From NCBI GenBank assembly GCA_963662715.1, contig OY759724.1, positions 600,001 to 632,000 on the forward strand: a DNA stretch of 32,000 nucleotides, given 5' to 3'. Positions 31,307 through 32,000 of the stretch are shown here, one piece after another; positions within the stretch are counted from its first letter, which is position 1, and the number at the start of each line of letters is the position of its first letter. The translations under genes and the position numbers were made by a program. This DNA is from Candidatus Omnitrophota bacterium (lineage in GTDB: Bacteria > Omnitrophota > Gorgyraeia > Zapsychrales > JANLHA01). The notes beneath the pieces were generated by a model. The model searched no databases. It had not been told where the DNA came from and saw only the letters and a list, made by a program, of their open reading frames with translations.

Positions 31307-32000
31307 AATTCAGCAGCTCCTCAAGCTCGGTTCTGGCCTGCTCCACCTGCGCTTCTTTCGGGACCCCGTGGTGCCACTCCAGCCGGCTTTCCATAAAAGA
31401 AACACCTTTTCCTTTGACCGTATGGGCCACGATCATTAACGGTTTCCGGGAAGAACGCTGACGCACATCTCCCAAAACAGACAAAAGCTGACAGAAATCA
31501 TGTCCGTCCGCCTCCCGGACCTCCCAGCCGAAAGCGGACCACTTTTCCGCCAGCGGTTCCATCGCCGCACAGTCTTCCAGTCTGTCTGTCACACACATTT
31601 TATTATGATCAACGACAGCGATCAGATGGCTGAGATGATGTTGGGCGGCAAACATGGCCGACTCCCATACCGCCCCCTCGCAGCACTCGCCGTCTCCCAA
31701 TAAAACAAAAGTCAAAAATCCTGCCCCGTCCATCCTGGCGCTTAACGCCAGCCCGGCCCCGATCCCCAATCCGTGCCCCAGAGAACCGGTATCCGCCTCT
31801 ATCCCGGGGATGGATCTGTCAGGATGGCCTCCTAATATACAGTCCGGCTGCTGGTAACGCGACAGCTCCTCTTCCGGGAAAAAACCGCAATCCGCCAAGA
31901 TGGCATACAACGCTTCACACGAATGACCTTTACTGAGGATGAAACGGTCCCGGTCCGGCCAGGCAGGCTTTTGCGGATCAAACTTAAGGATCCCGCCGTA
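31293..32000 (-). CDS. transketolase, N-terminal (ThDP-binding PP) subunit, 5' end off window
   Basis: The frame stays open upstream of the track start to base 32000 (YGGILKFDPQKPAWPDRDRFILSKGHSCEALYAILA..). GSLGHGLGIGAGLA and the GDGECCEG ThDP/Mg motif. Confidence 0.9.
   Translation of the reverse strand, partial: YGGILKFDPQKPAWPDRDRFILSKGHSCEALYAILADCGFFPEEELSRYQQPDCILGGHPDRSIPGIEADTGSLGHGLGIGAGLALSARMDGAGFLTFVLLGDGECCEGAVWESAMFAAQHHLSHLIAVVDHNKMCVTDRLEDCAAMEPLAEKWSAFGWEVREADGHDFCQLLSVLGDVRQRSSRKPLMIVAHTVKGKGVSFMESRLEWHHGVPKEAQVEQARTELEELLNCERN

Noticed and set aside
1-32000. CRISPR arrays, IS elements/transposases, integrases, prophage genes, rRNA and toxin-antitoxin pairs.
   Set aside because: I saw no spaced repeats, terminal inverted repeats, DDE or tyrosine-recombinase motifs, or rRNA-like sequence on either strand.

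Overview
This is a 32-kb bacterial chromosomal window. Sampled lines give mostly about 42-60% G+C, with one AT-rich block at 18.9-21.3 kb. Every credible gene (about 50 CDS plus 2 tRNAs) lies on the minus strand, and all plus-strand track ORFs look like antisense shadows. There are three blocks. (i) 1-11.8 kb is an osmotic/envelope-stress island. It holds TrkH/TrkA K+ uptake, an MscS channel, an OsmY-like 3xBON protein, GlsB/YmgE, entericidin-type and DUF3568-type lipoproteins, a Spy/CpxP-like LTXXQ protein, and several <60-aa membrane ORFs below the ORF-track cut-off. At its upstream end sit a LOV-like PAS histidine kinase and a FixJ/NarL-type regulator, and the block contains two paralogous stand-alone receiver proteins. 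(ii) 12-16.8 kb has tRNA-His(GTG) and tRNA-Arg(TCT) bracketing poorly characterised membrane proteins. An ECF sigma / ZAS anti-sigma / Spy-like module follows, with two matching ECF-type promoters. Upstream of it is what reads as a c-di-GMP-I (GEMM-I) riboswitch with its own promoter and terminator. (iii) 16.8-32 kb is a glycan/glycolipid-tailoring locus. It has an ArnT/PMT-like GT-C enzyme, an AT-rich MBOAT+SGNH O-acylation pair and one long, tightly packed operon. That operon encodes a split transketolase, an SDR, a GT2, an Fcl-like epimerase/reductase, two B12-binding radical SAM enzymes, a NodU/CmcH carbamoyltransferase with SxtJ- and SxtK/DUF5989-like partners, and an orphan receiver. I saw no CRISPR array, IS element, integrase or rRNA. 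The best candidates for undescribed biology are the radical-SAM/carbamoyl/ketol-transfer operon and the riboswitch-ECF arrangement. All family calls are by-eye motif recognition and no searches were run.
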